From NCBI GenBank assembly GCA_030324005.1, contig JARDVH010000031.1, positions 59,843,147-59,907,146 of the forward strand: a stretch of 64,000 nt of DNA, given 5' to 3'. This DNA is from Negaprion brevirostris (taxonomy: Eukaryota). Below are positions 12,851 through 25,000 of this stretch, piece after piece. The notes beneath the pieces were generated by a model, which saw only the letters and a program-made list of their open reading frames with translations, was not told the origin of the DNA and did no database searches. Numbering within the stretch: the stretch's first letter is position 1; each line of letters starts with the position of its first letter. A program made the position numbers and the translations under genes.

Positions 12851-13839
12851 ACTGATTCCATTCACTTCAATTTTGCTTGGACTCCTAGATGTCACATTTA
12901 GTCAAATGTTGTCTTGATGTCAAGGGCAGTCACTCTCAGGTCACTTCTGGAGTTCAGCTCATTTGTTTACATTTGGACCAAGGGTAAGAAGAAGTCTGGA
13001 GATAAATGGCCCTTGCAGAATGTGAAACTGACTATTGGTGATTAAATGCCACATGACAGCATAGTGCTTTCACTACTTTGCTGAAGGAGTATGAATTGAA
13101 TGGATTGAATTTTAGTGAACAGCACACACCTGGCCAATCTCCCATGTTGTCAGGTAGTTAGCTGTCTGTGCTGTAGCTTGGCTAGGGGAGTAACTAGTTC
13201 TGGAGCACAAGTTTCAGCACTACAATGGCAGATCCACAATCCTTCCCATGTCCAATATACAGAACTATTTTTGATATTACGTGGAGTGCTTCAAATTGGC
13301 TGAAGGCAGGTATCTGTAAAGGTGGTAATGTCAGGAAGAGGCCAAGGTATATCAGTTACTTGGCATTTCAGGCTGAAGGTAGTTGTAAATCCTTCAGTCT
13401 TTTCCTTTGCACTCACTTACTTGATTCCACCATCGTTGAGAATATGGACATTCAGGCAGTCTTGTTGTCCTTTCCTTGTCGAATTATGCAGCAATATTCT
13501 TGACTGGATGTTGCAGGACAGTAGAGTTTTGACCTGGATGTGGATTCATTTAGCCCTGCTCATGTTACGCAAATTCCACACGTAGTCCTGTTGTAACTTC
13601 ACCATGTTGGCATTCCATTTTTTTTGTATGTCTGATGTTGCTCCTTGCATGTTTTTTTTCATCTTCATTGATGGAAATGGCACAGACGGATTGGCTGTAG
13701 TGAATTGTAATCCCGTGTCCCTGGAATGACTCAAGTAAATCAATTCCATACGCTCTCCAAATTCTTCACATCCTTTTAAAAGTGTAGTGCCCAGAATTGG
13801 ACACAATACTCCATTTGACATTAAATGGAAGATTCTGAC

Positions 13840-14460
13840 CATCTACTTTCACCTCTGTATAATTGCCCAACTCCACTGCCCTTGCCTCAGCACTTCTGCT
13901 GCTGAAACCTTCACCCATGCCTTCTCTACCTGTAGATGTGACGGTTCCAAATTTGACTACTTCTTGTCAGCCTCCCACATTCTATAAACTTGAGGTCATC
14001 CAAAATTTTGCTACACATTCTAACTTGCATGACATCCTGTTCACTCATCAGCTCTTTGTCCACTAATCTATATTAGCTCCCAGTTAAACAACACCTTGAT
14101 ATTAAATTTATTTTCCTTGTTTTCAAATTCATCTATGATCTTAACCCTTCCTACCTCTGTAATCCCCTCAAGCTCTCCAATGCTCAGTGATAATTGCTCT
14201 CCTCCAATTCTGGTCTTTTTAGCATCCCCAATTTTCATCACTCCAACAATAGCATTGTACTTTTAACTGCCAAGACCCTAAACTCTGAGAAACCTTTCTG
14301 CATCTAAACCTCTCTTGTTATCTTCAGGACGCTCCTTGAAACTTAACTCTTTGATTAATTTATCCTGAAATCTCTTTACTTGTTTCAGTGCCAGATCTCA
14401 GGTGAAAATGTTCCTTTGAAATGCCTTCGAAAATGTTATAATGCGAAAGACATGATATAA
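13840..14460 (+). mobile_element. L2-type LINE 3' portion
   Basis: STSAAETFTHAF (cf. L2 AAETLIHAF), KLEVIQN.A and ..LPVKQ..DIKF motifs; 3' tail ending ATATAAATTTGTTGGTT. Confidence 0.65.
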
Positions 14461-14509
14461 ATTTGTTGGTTTTTATTGCTGCTCCTGGTGGTTATTGTAA
14501 CAATAGGTG

Positions 14510-16735
14510 TGGTAGCCATAATTCTTCATGACTTTCATTTTCTATGCCTTTATTTATAAGACTCAGGGTCTCATTTGCTCTACCTTCAAAGATTTGTGTA
14601 CAAACATACTCAGGTCTCTCTCTTCTTGCAGCCCCTTTCAAATTGGATTGTTTGGCATGCATTGTCTTTCCTTTATCTGCTTATCAAAATTTATCATCTC
14701 ACATCTTAGTGTGTTGAATTTCAACCTCCAGGTGCCGCACATTCCACCAGCCTGTCTAAGCGTTCTTGAGGAGCGCAGGATTTTCCAGGCCTGCTCACCC
14801 GTGTGATTGGAAATTCCAGCCCAAAGTCAATGGATGTTCTGCCAGTCTGTCAAATTTTCTGTCCCATCCGCAATGATTCCCACAACAGGTGGGATCGAAA
14901 AATCCCATCCTGTAAATATCTTCCTCATCGTTTACTACATTTTCAGGCTTTGTGTCATTTGCAAATTTCAAAATAATGCCCAAAGGCATAGATGATTATG
15001 GCACGGAAGGAAGCCATTCAGCCTGTCATGTCTATGCCAGATCTCTGTGAGAACAACTAACATTGTCTCATTTCCCTGCCTTTTCCCTATAGCTCTGCAA
15101 ATGTCCTTCTTCAGAGAATGTCCAGTATCTTTTTGAAAGCCATGATTGGATCTGGCTTCACTGTGCTGTCAGGCAGGGCATTTCAAATTCTAACCATTCA
15201 CAGCAATGAAGGGTTTTTCCTCATGTTCTCATTGCTCCTTTTGCCAACCATCTTAAATCAGTGAATTCTGGCTTGTGACGCCCACCGCCCCCCCACCCNN
15301 NNNNNNNNNNNNNNNNNNNNNNNNNNNNNNNNNNNNNNNNNNNNNNNNNNNNNNNNNNNNNNNNNNNNNNNNNNNNNNNNNNNNNNNNNNNNNNNNNNCC
15401 ACCCCCACCGCCTCCATGATTCTGTCCAGACCTCTCATAACTTTAAACACCTATACCAAATCTGCTTTTAATATTCTCCTCCATGGAAAACAGCCCCAGT
15501 GTCTCCAATTGATCCACTGAAAGTCTGCATGCCTGGAACCTCTCCGCTTATATACACTTTCCTCCAATTCAAAAAGTAACCATTCAGTGCTACTCTTGAT
15601 TTTTCATCAATCAGTGAGCTTCACAACAATGCTGTTGTTGTCCTTTTTATTGCATGGGCACTAATCTTGCTAATAAGCCTGTTGTATAGGACTTTATCAA
15701 AACATTCATTGGACATTCATGCACACCACATCAACGACTTTGGCGTCAACAACCCTTTCTGTTGCCTGATCAAATATTCAAGCAAGTTAGTCAAACCCAA
15801 TTTGACATTAACAAATCCATGCTGGCTTTTCTTAATTAATCCAACTTTGTGCAAGTGACCGGGAGTGTTGTGCTGAATTATAATTTCTAAAAGCTTTCCC
15901 ATCACTGAGATTAAACTGACCGGCACATAATTGGTGGGCTTTTTGTTTAACAATTGTGTAACAATGACAATTCTCCAGTCCTCTGGCACTACTCCTGTAA
16001 CTAAGGAGGATTGAAAAATTATAACTAATGATGTTGCAGTTCCCACACTAAATGCACTTGTATGAATCTCATCTTGTCCTGGTGACTTAACAACTTGAAA
16101 TAAAGCCAGCCTTTCTAATACGTCCCCTTTATCAATCTTCAGCCCATTCACTATATTAACTACATTTTCTTTCATAAGAACATAAGAACATAAGAAATAG
16201 GAGCAGGAGTAGGCCATCTAGCCCTTTGAGCCTGCCCCGCCATTCAANNNNNNNNNNNNNNNNNNNNNNNNNNNNNNNNNNNNNNNNNNNNNNNNNCGCG
16301 TCTTAAAAATATTTAGCGAGGCAGCCTCCACCACTTCAACGGGCAGAGAATTCCAGAGATTCACCACCCTTTCCTTATGGCTTGGGTGACATCTTCCCCC
16401 GTGGTAAACACAGATGCAAAGTATTCATTTAGTACCTCAGCCATAACTCTGCCTCCATTTATAAATGCTCTTTCAGGGGCCTAATCAGTCATTTGCTGTT
16501 CAGATACCAATATAAGATTATTATCCCTTTTATGTTACCTGCCAGTCTCTAGTCATTTTGTCTCTTTACTTCTCATTTTTTTCACTTTGCCTCTGTACTT
16601 TCTACATTCAGGTACTATTCACTTGACATATTCACCCTTTATCAGCTTTAGTTTAACTCTCCATTACTTTAGACACCCAGTTAGCTCTGAATTTATTTGC
16701 CCTACCTAACTGTCTCATAGGAATGTACCTTGGCT
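14510..16735 (-). mobile_element. Cluster of antisense CR1-type LINE fragments (several copies, nested)
   Basis: ORFs 14795-14989 (LKFANDTK), 15253-15450 (FKVMRGLDR) and 15717-16217 (KSPGQDEIH, VVPEDWR, QHGFV); (AAGAACAT)n tail at 16173-16200. Confidence 0.8.
14773..14910. mobile_element. MITE-like element inserted in a LINE
   Basis: Imperfect terminal inverted repeats GCGCAGGATTTTCC ... GAAAAATCCCATCC interrupting CR1 sequence. Confidence 0.5.
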
Positions 16736-17462
16736 GTAACAGAATCCCAATAACATTAAAGTTTAACGTTTATTTAGGAAGCCAGACTAGACCCCAATAA
16801 TTTTTCTATTCTTGCATAAATGTGCAGATAGGATGCTTCATTCTTGGAATAACTCCACTGACAAATTAGGAATATTTTATAGTAAAACAAACTTCATTTA
16901 TTAACACAGTTTAACTATAACTCTAACAAATGAAGCAGCTTAATTATTACCTGTTTGAACAATATTTAAACATGAAAACAAACAAGTCTAATTTCCAACT
17001 TACCACTGTTTCAGTTCCAAATAAGCAACATTTGTCTTACAGACTCAAAAACCACATAAACACAGTTAGCAACCATAACTATACTTGCTATAAGGGTTTT
17101 AATCAAGAATGTAGAAAAAGCAGCTTGCTCTCTTTAAACCAATCCCAGTCAGAACTCAAAAGTTGTTCTCTCTGCTACATAACTAGCCCCTCCCATTAAC
17201 CATATTATCACATGACACTGCTAAGCTCAACTCACCTTCCATTCCTTTAATCAAAAACCCCAGGGGGCTTTTTTTTTATAAACAAAAGTCCATTAGCTCT
17301 CTCTTAAGTAAACACTACTTAGCTAAAATGAGTATTTTACATGTCTCTGGGCATCTGTACTGTATCCTCCCAGACATACCAACTGCCTGTAACAAAAAAA
17401 TGAACTTTAAAGCAGTTCCCTTAAACTAAAAACTTATATAGCAATAGCACACTACCATAATA
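16735..17462 (-). mobile_element. Possible solo LTR
   Basis: About 730 bp of non-coding sequence interrupting CR1-like sequence; termini TGTAAC... and ...CATAATA approximate TG..CA LTR ends; antisense AATAAA at ~16897. Confidence 0.35.
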
Positions 17463-18069
17463 CCAAACATTGTCCTCTTTAAATATAGCCCATTGTTCCA
17501 TTACAATTTCTCATGCCAATCTTTAATATTTATCAAAACAGCAGTGATTTGCAGCACTCTACCCTGGGGAGCTCCACTGCATACCTCTCCAGTCTGAAAA
17601 ACTATACTTTTATAACAAAAATATTTTATTGATACATCACATTATAATTGCCATAGTAGTATGCAACCAAATTCAGAAATCAGAAGACGGTTGATAGAAA
17701 TCTAATAATGTTACAGATTCTTCAGAATCCCTGTAGTTAACTTAAGGACAGGGTCCCCATTTGAGAACCTATGCTTTAATCCTAAGAACAGTAAATATGG
17801 AGATGCAGTCATCTGGTCAATGCAATTTCCTTTCTATATTACATTCTCGCTTATGTTGGTATATACTATATCATTGGCATAACCCTCCTTTTTTATGTTT
17901 AATAACTTGCTTTCTATATTTGTGCCATATCTTTGTCAGTATGTCTGCTTTGTAGAGGTCTTTAGTTATGCATTCTATCCATGTTTTTTTATCCGAATAT
18001 CAGTGCTGCACCTGTGTGCTTTTTTTTAAATTTAAGCGAAGTTTTTACTGGACCTCTGACAGGTCCTGG

Positions 18070-18830
18070 TGCTAATTCCAACTCATCGTCCCTTGTAAAG
18101 AGAGGCCTGAAATATTGTAGACCAGCAGGATAGGTTTAAGGTTGCATCAACGTTTGTATAGTAAGTGACTGAAGTACTCAGCCCCTGGGTGCAGTGTAGG
18201 CAGAATTCATTCTTTCAGAAAGATATCGCCCTGTTTGACAATTCTCATGGATTTCGAAGTTGTCCTCCACCCACCAAAAATACGCTTCCATCAAAAATTG
18301 CCAACACCCTGCCAGTAATTTAAGATTTGCTTGCCTCTCATTAGGTCATTCCCACAATACTGGATTCATGAACATTTTAGCATTTCGACCAGTTCATTAA
18401 TTGCTTGTGTATTATTAAAGGATAAATGTTGCAGATATGCACTCATCAGCAGCACTTTTTCCAATGAAACTTGGAGTTCTGCAGCAGATTTCGTGATCTC
18501 AACAGCTCCCAGAGCAATGCATAGCCTATGAAGGACATTTGAAGTCTAGTCAGTGTTGTAATGTTAGAGCTGCAGACGCCAGCAGTAAGGGCAATGGAAA
18601 CGAATGCACTAGTCCTGTTGGTTGAGGAATACATTTTGGCCTGGCCACCTTCTCTCAATTTGATGTTTCAGATTTACCATAGAATCTCTTCCACTCACCT
18701 GTGAGGGCGGGGAGGATTTCACTTGAAACTCGGGGAGTGCAGCACTCAAGACTGTGGAGTTGACTGGAACTAAATTCCTTTGTCTCAGACTGAGCTGAGG
18801 GCCAAAGCGGACACTAAATTGCATTGCCAG
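18070..18830 (-). pseudogene. Decayed env/class I fusion-glycoprotein-like ORF remnant (tentative)
   Basis: With frameshifts: RPK[R]FLN (18621-18642), then SAFVSIALTAGVCSSNITTLTRLQ, then LGAVEITKSAAELQVSLEKVLLMSAYLQHLSFNNTQAINELVEMLKC (heptad-like, N-glycosylation sequons). Confidence 0.35.
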
Positions 18831-19689
18831 AAATTACACCTGTTAGAGCTGCCCGTTCCTGTAATTTCAATAACGATCTTTCATTGTGCTTTCAATTTGC
18901 ATAAACTATTCCATATTTTGCTGGAAGATGAATTTGACAGTGTGGAGGTCAGGCAACTCTTAAAATGTGCACGATATTAAGAGGTTGTTGACGGAAATTA
19001 TAGAGAGATGCCGGAGACCAAATAAAAGCACCGTTATCGAGAATGCAGACTCAGTTACAGCTTTGAAAAAGTGGCGAAAAAGTGACCTGGGAGGGGGAAC
19101 ATATCTGGTAAATAATGTTATTACTGCAAAACGACGCCTTAATCACTGAGTGTCCAGTTGTATATTCATGGCGTCCGATGAGTCGTTCAGTCCCACTATA
19201 TTCATAATAAATCAGAGCGCTGGTTGCACATAATTCAATTGTAAATGGTTCGACTTAGCATATATGTATGAAATAACTCAGCAACAAGAGTGTAGACTCT
19301 TTATAGTGTGCTGTGACTTGCTGCAAAACTGCAGAACGCGGACAGCCTGGGAGCAACTCGACAGCGAACAATTTGCACCGCTTCAAACAAACCCCAGCGA
19401 CTTCAGTAACCATTGATGTCCCCCGTTCATCTTCAATCTGCAAGAATGTGAAACTAAGCCTTCTTTCGTTTGATATGCGGGATCCCGCATTGTCATCCGA
19501 AAGGCAGAAGCCGCCACCTTATTTTATACTCCTTAATTTTCTAAAGAATAAACCATAGGATGGCAGAGTGAATACGTTAAGATAGTTACAGTACCTAGGG
19601 ATAGATTCTGAGGCCAAATGAAGTAAATAATTTCGGCATCCTGTCATCTCGACCAGCGAATTCATCAAATTATTAAATGAAAAAGAACA

Positions 19690-19762
19690 CTTTTCACAAT
19701 AACTTCATTATAGTGTTAATGTAAGCCTACTTGTGACACTAATAAATAAACTAAGCTAAACT
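19690..19762 (+). mobile_element. SINE 3' tail fragment
   Basis: TTTCACAATAACTTCATT..GTGTTAATGTAAGCCTACTTGTGACACTAATAAA matches the reverse complement of the tail of the 3118-3413 SINE. Confidence 0.7.
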
Positions 19763-22066
19763 TTATGTTCAAAGGTACATGTAATTGTTGCTCCCAAAGT
19801 CGTTCGAAACTTGTAGCCATTCACTAAGTGTTGAATACTGCACCCTAAATCCGCACAGTGTACTCTGAATCCGATTGTCAATGGTGTGTCGAGATATTTT
19901 ATTTGAATGTTGGCACAGAGGTTATGTAGATTGTCCGGAAATTAAAACTTGAGTTACTAGGCAGAGTGAAATAAAACAGTTGCGGCCCATTTTATTCCAT
20001 GGTATCTAGATTTTGTAATAGGCAGCGAGGAGTGAACTAATTCTTCAGCATTATACGAAGGAAACCCCTTTCAACCCTCCCCATTTCCTGCAGTCCTCAG
20101 TCTCAGACACTTGGAATTCAGTCCAGAAACGGATCACTCTTTATGTACAGATAATCAGTTGAAGTGTTTTACCGTTGGAGGACAGACCTTCACGGCGGAT
20201 TTTAATTTAGAAAGTAAAATAATCCAATGTTGTTCCGACTTCAGGTGAACTTGTAAAAGCGGCAATAAGGCAACCGAGACATGGGGCGCAACACAAGCAA
20301 ATCCGTCTCACACCTCTCTGTAAACTACAGAGCTACCACCATGTGGTAATAATAAGCTAACACTTGGGGAAAAGTATGAGAACGAGTCTGCTGAAGATAT
20401 CAACATTTAGATCGAACCGACTTTCAAAGGTCGTACTTCGACAGATCTCGGTGTGAGACTGGAGTTTAAATATTGTCCTGACCTCTTGAACGTTTACATC
20501 TAGGACTAGATACTAAACTGTTGTTTCAAATAGCTGCTGAGAGTAATAACTAAACCTATAAAATACTGCATACTTGGGCTTGGATGCATATTAAGAATCT
20601 GTATTAAAATAATGCAGTCTTGTGAAAATGTGAATATATTCGGATTATTGATAAACCTATTTATTGGACATTACTTTCCATTCTTGGGAAATGATTGCAT
20701 TAACACACTTGAATGTTTGAGAAGAGAATTGCCTTCTGCTCATTCCTCAGAGTGTAATTCGAACATATTGAAAGTTATTAATGTGAGAAAAGGAAGTTCT
20801 CCAGTAATTATCGATTACTTTGGTCACTGGCAGCTGGGTATCTAATCACCAAGCGCATTGTTGAGGAAAATGCACGCCCCCTTAGTGTTTAGTTCTAGTA
20901 CTACACAATATAATGGCCTATCCAAGATCAACTGCTGATTAACGCATATTACTGTGGATTAAACATGTTCACTATCGTTATGATCTAAGATTTCATGTTG
21001 ATCTAAATCTTGATATACATATAAGAAGATGATTCAAGTATCTGGCCGCAAATTGTTTCCCAATTAAAGCTAAGGAGCTGGGAAACATCATGCAAATGTG
21101 CAATTTATTTAGTTTTGTTTCAATGGGAAAACATTCGTTCACTCTTACACTCACTTAGTAAAACGAATTCGCAACACAGATATGACGGGATTGATACTGA
21201 ACGATGGATGCATTCTGTCTCTCGTAAAGTCTGGGCTTAAAAAGAACCATCTTATTTCTGAAGCTGCTTTTTTTTTACAGGAAAGAGCGATAAACGCTGG
21301 TTTACATTAATCAGATACAATTTGATTACCAACTGCATCAAAAATTGTTCAACAACCCTGCCATGAAATTCATATTGTTTTAACTATGCACGAATTTAAT
21401 TGCAGAAAAATTGCCAATTAAATGCTGCACGTTTTTGTAACTTATTATTATTCGCATTAATGTCTTACTGCAACCACGTGGCGATGTTTACAGGGCCCCA
21501 GAACTGGTTGCAAAGTGCTCCAAAAAAATGCAACGCTGCCACCGTGGGACTTTGTCAGGAGTGGCGACAGGCTTTCAGCTTTTGCCGCGGAGATATTAAA
21601 TATTCGCGCTTCAATTAACCTTTCTTTACTTCAAAGTAAATTTTAATTTTACTTCATTTTTGCATTGCTCCGAATCAACAAACGCGCGAGATGTGTAACT
21701 ACAAGAGCATCAACAGAACGGTTTTGTTTAATTAAAGCGTTAATTAAAGTGTTTTGTTTTTGATTGAATAATTGAATTATTCAAATGACCATTAAAATAA
21801 GTTAAGTATGCAGCTAGATTCTGGGTGGACAGACCTAGATGTGAAGTAGAAAACAACACGAAAGCATCATTATGACCACGATTCTGTACCCCCAGTAATG
21901 TGGATTCTACTCACGCACAAATAATGTAACAGTGCAAGCAATGTGACTGGATCATTACCTCACTCTGCTAGAATTGTTGTTACATATTATATGTCCTTTA
22001 TAACTTCTGTCAAACAATCATATCAAATTATTTGAATGGATTGGATTAGCGCAGACCAAACCAATT

Positions 22067-22081
22067 GCGCTAGGTGGCGCT
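22067..22081 (+). promoter_or_regulatory. Candidate CTCF site
   Basis: GCGCTAGGTGGCGCT closely matches the CTCF core CC(A/G)SYAGRKGGCRS. Confidence 0.5.
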
Positions 22082-25000
22082 TCCGGTCTTCAGTCTGCAC
22101 AAGTAGGTGTGATAAAGCGGCTAAACTTAGGTCATCTCAACCAAAAACATACACTTTTGTTGGTATCAATCCTGGAGCACAGTCCTGTAAGGAATTGTAG
22201 AAGATCATGCAGTACTAAATAAACTTGACTTTTGTCACGGCACAAAAACCACTAAAGCTATATTTTTCTTAAAGCAGAATACTTTTACGCCGCATTCGTG
22301 ACAACTGAAAGGACGCACAGTCTAACGAAATCGCACATTCATGTGTTTACTGTGCTATAATCGTCGACCCTTCTGAAGAATTGCAACTGCGGCAGGCGGA
22401 AGGGGCACTGCAATAACTTACTCAAAATTCAGAAACGTTTCGGGGATCCCCGTAAGATTCCTATTGTGTTCACATAAATCTGCCTTGTCTTTAACTTGAA
22501 TGAAATGCATTGTCACAAGATGCCTCGGGCTAATAGATACGGTGAAGAATGTCATTTTTTTCTCCCTCTCTGAACATGCGGTTTGAATTCCGCGTGCCTC
22601 GCTAAATACACAGGAAAGGGTGTGTTTTGATAAAACCCCCCAAAAAAGCCCTGTTATTAAAGCATCAAAGTTTTCAGCTGAGGAAAAATACTTTCCGATT
22701 GCAGATTATCCGACAAGACAAATTGATTCTGAACCCTTGTCTTTTTGATTTCCCCATACCTCCAAGACTGTAATTTCATTCGATCACTGCACTCACCTTT
22801 GAAGCACAGCTCGCTTTTAGTGAATTCTTACAAATAGGCCTCGTACACTTTCCCAATCGTTTGTTTTATATTGGAAAAGAAAGGTGAGAGTGTTGGGCCT
22901 GCAGCTATTTGCGAAATGTTCTTCATGTACGAATAACTGGGATGATTAATTCCCCGAGCTGCCGCTGGGCCGCAGCAGAATTACATCATGAAAAAACAGT
23001 CTACTCCCGACACAGGCTTTCTTTTTACATTGATCACTGAAGGACTTTTTTTTTGTTTCTGTTTCTCAGAAGTAATGCATTTAGCAATTTACCAAAGTTT
23101 GAAGCTTGGCTGCCGGTTTCTTGCAAAGGCGCCCAGGAATTTGAACAGAAAGGCGTAATTTGGCTTTTTTTAAAAAAAATTATAGCAGTTTAAAATACCC
23201 AGGCGCTGTGAATATTATAATTATTTTTCCCTTCCGCCCATTTGTCTTTTATTTCGCTCGCTTCATTTTATCCTTTTGAGTCGCGGTTAGCAATTTTGGT
23301 TAAGCGTTTTAATAGCGGAACTATTTCGGAGCACTTGCGAGTGGGTCAAATTAGAACTATCAACATTTAGAATTTACCTCCCCGAGTCATTGTGAGGGGG
23401 CTCGACTTCGAGTTAAGAAAAAACTCTTAATTAAAACATTGAAGTATTTCGCGAGTTGATTTAGGAAGACGAACTAAACATGTGGCCTGTGCTCAGTATA
23501 ACCTAAGATCATAATGCACCATCAGAACAATGCGATTGTACCTATTTAGACATCTCGACTGCCATGCATTCCACAGTTTGATCGCTGGGTTACACAAATG
23601 CAAGCGCGCCGCGCTATTTAGTGAATTTATTTTCCGTCTATGAAATTAATACATTCGTTTTGTGTAGTTTTCTGCATGTTTATTTTCCATTCATGTCTGT
23701 GCATATTAACTCCACCGAAAGGGGCGGATATCCCAACTTGTAATGGACAAGCGGAGATCATCATGCACTGCTAATAACCACAGCACTGCTTTATAATCTT
23801 TGAAATGTTCCGTCTTAACCGTCCTCTCTTTCTATTCCCTTGCCGTTCCCTGTGTATTATTATCCTCTGAATACGTGCTAGCGGCTGGCAAGTCTATATC
23901 TGAATGCACAAAGTGAGGCTTTCCCGGGGTTTAAGGTTCGCCTGTTTTGTGCCCAGACGTGCAGTTAAGCGTTAAATGATTCGTTAGCTGCGCATTTTGG
24001 AGACAAGAGTCCACAGCCCAGCACACTCACAGACCATGGCACGTGACACTTGGATGTCCAGAGCGACATCAGTGGACTTTCCACCAGAAAGTGCCCGACC
24101 TCAGCTCAGGACAGAGGTTCACTTTACACCATGCTTACCTTCACTCCTAATAAAGACTTTCTGACGCTCTCTCCGTGGGTTGAAATTTAAAATGTTAGAA
24201 ATAAACCAGTCAGCCTAACAGTGATTTTAAGTATCCTTTAAAAGGAAACCCTTTTACGTCCTTTTATTTCATTTGCAGGCTCAGAAGTAAAAATGGCGAC
24301 TTGATTGCTGTGATGCTAATATATTTAAAATGTGGCACATTTGGTGGTATATATTGAGCAAATAATTGTAATATGACAACCATTTGCTGACCTTAACAAA
24401 TTTGTGGGTCGTGCCAAAGAATGTAGCACAGCGCAGGATGACATTTGAAGTTATCAAACATTATTTCAAAAAATGTGTTGCTATTTTCTCGAAGGTGCTA
24501 TGTAATTTGATTGCACGGGACGCGTTATTAGACTTTCTTAAGCTAATGGGATCTCTTAGGTTCCTTTACAAATTGGTACCAAATCATTTGATCAGTGCTG
24601 AATTACCACAATGAAAGGATCGGCAGGTAATGACTTGCTGCCCCACACATTTCCGATGTCTAGCGTTGGGGACATAGAATGTGTACAGCTTGACCTTACA
24701 GCTCCTAATTAGAATGGTGCATTTGTGGAAGAAATCTATTCGCATTCAATTCAGACAAAACCCCTGGTCACCGATTCGCTGTAGGAGCGATGAAATCCAT
24801 TGTATGGGAACAACTCATTTACGTCCTTCAAGGACCAGCCGAGAGTGATTTGATCACGACCTTTAGATATGTTGGACATAGGAGTTGTATATTCCAGTGT
24901 CACAACAGACTGTTTAATAAGAAGGAAGCACTGGCGAGAAATCAAACTGGAAGAATATAATATATTAAAAAAGTTTACACAATTTTAGCATTATCGCCCT

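Larger units (their letters stand above)
6990..13720 (-). mobile_element. Old LINE split into pieces (~6990-7370, ~11770-11998, ~12851-13720) by later insertions
   Basis: Reverse strand ~11820-11872 reads P*DIVLN*TIFSSFIND, a decayed PQGSVLGPTIFSCFIND RT motif; the sequence resumes across the 11999-12850 insertion at a shared CTGA junction. Confidence 0.6.

Noticed and set aside
18693-18701. Perfect antisense splice donor CAG|GTGAGT
   Set aside because: Single motif inside a probable decayed mobile-element ORF, with no supporting exon chain
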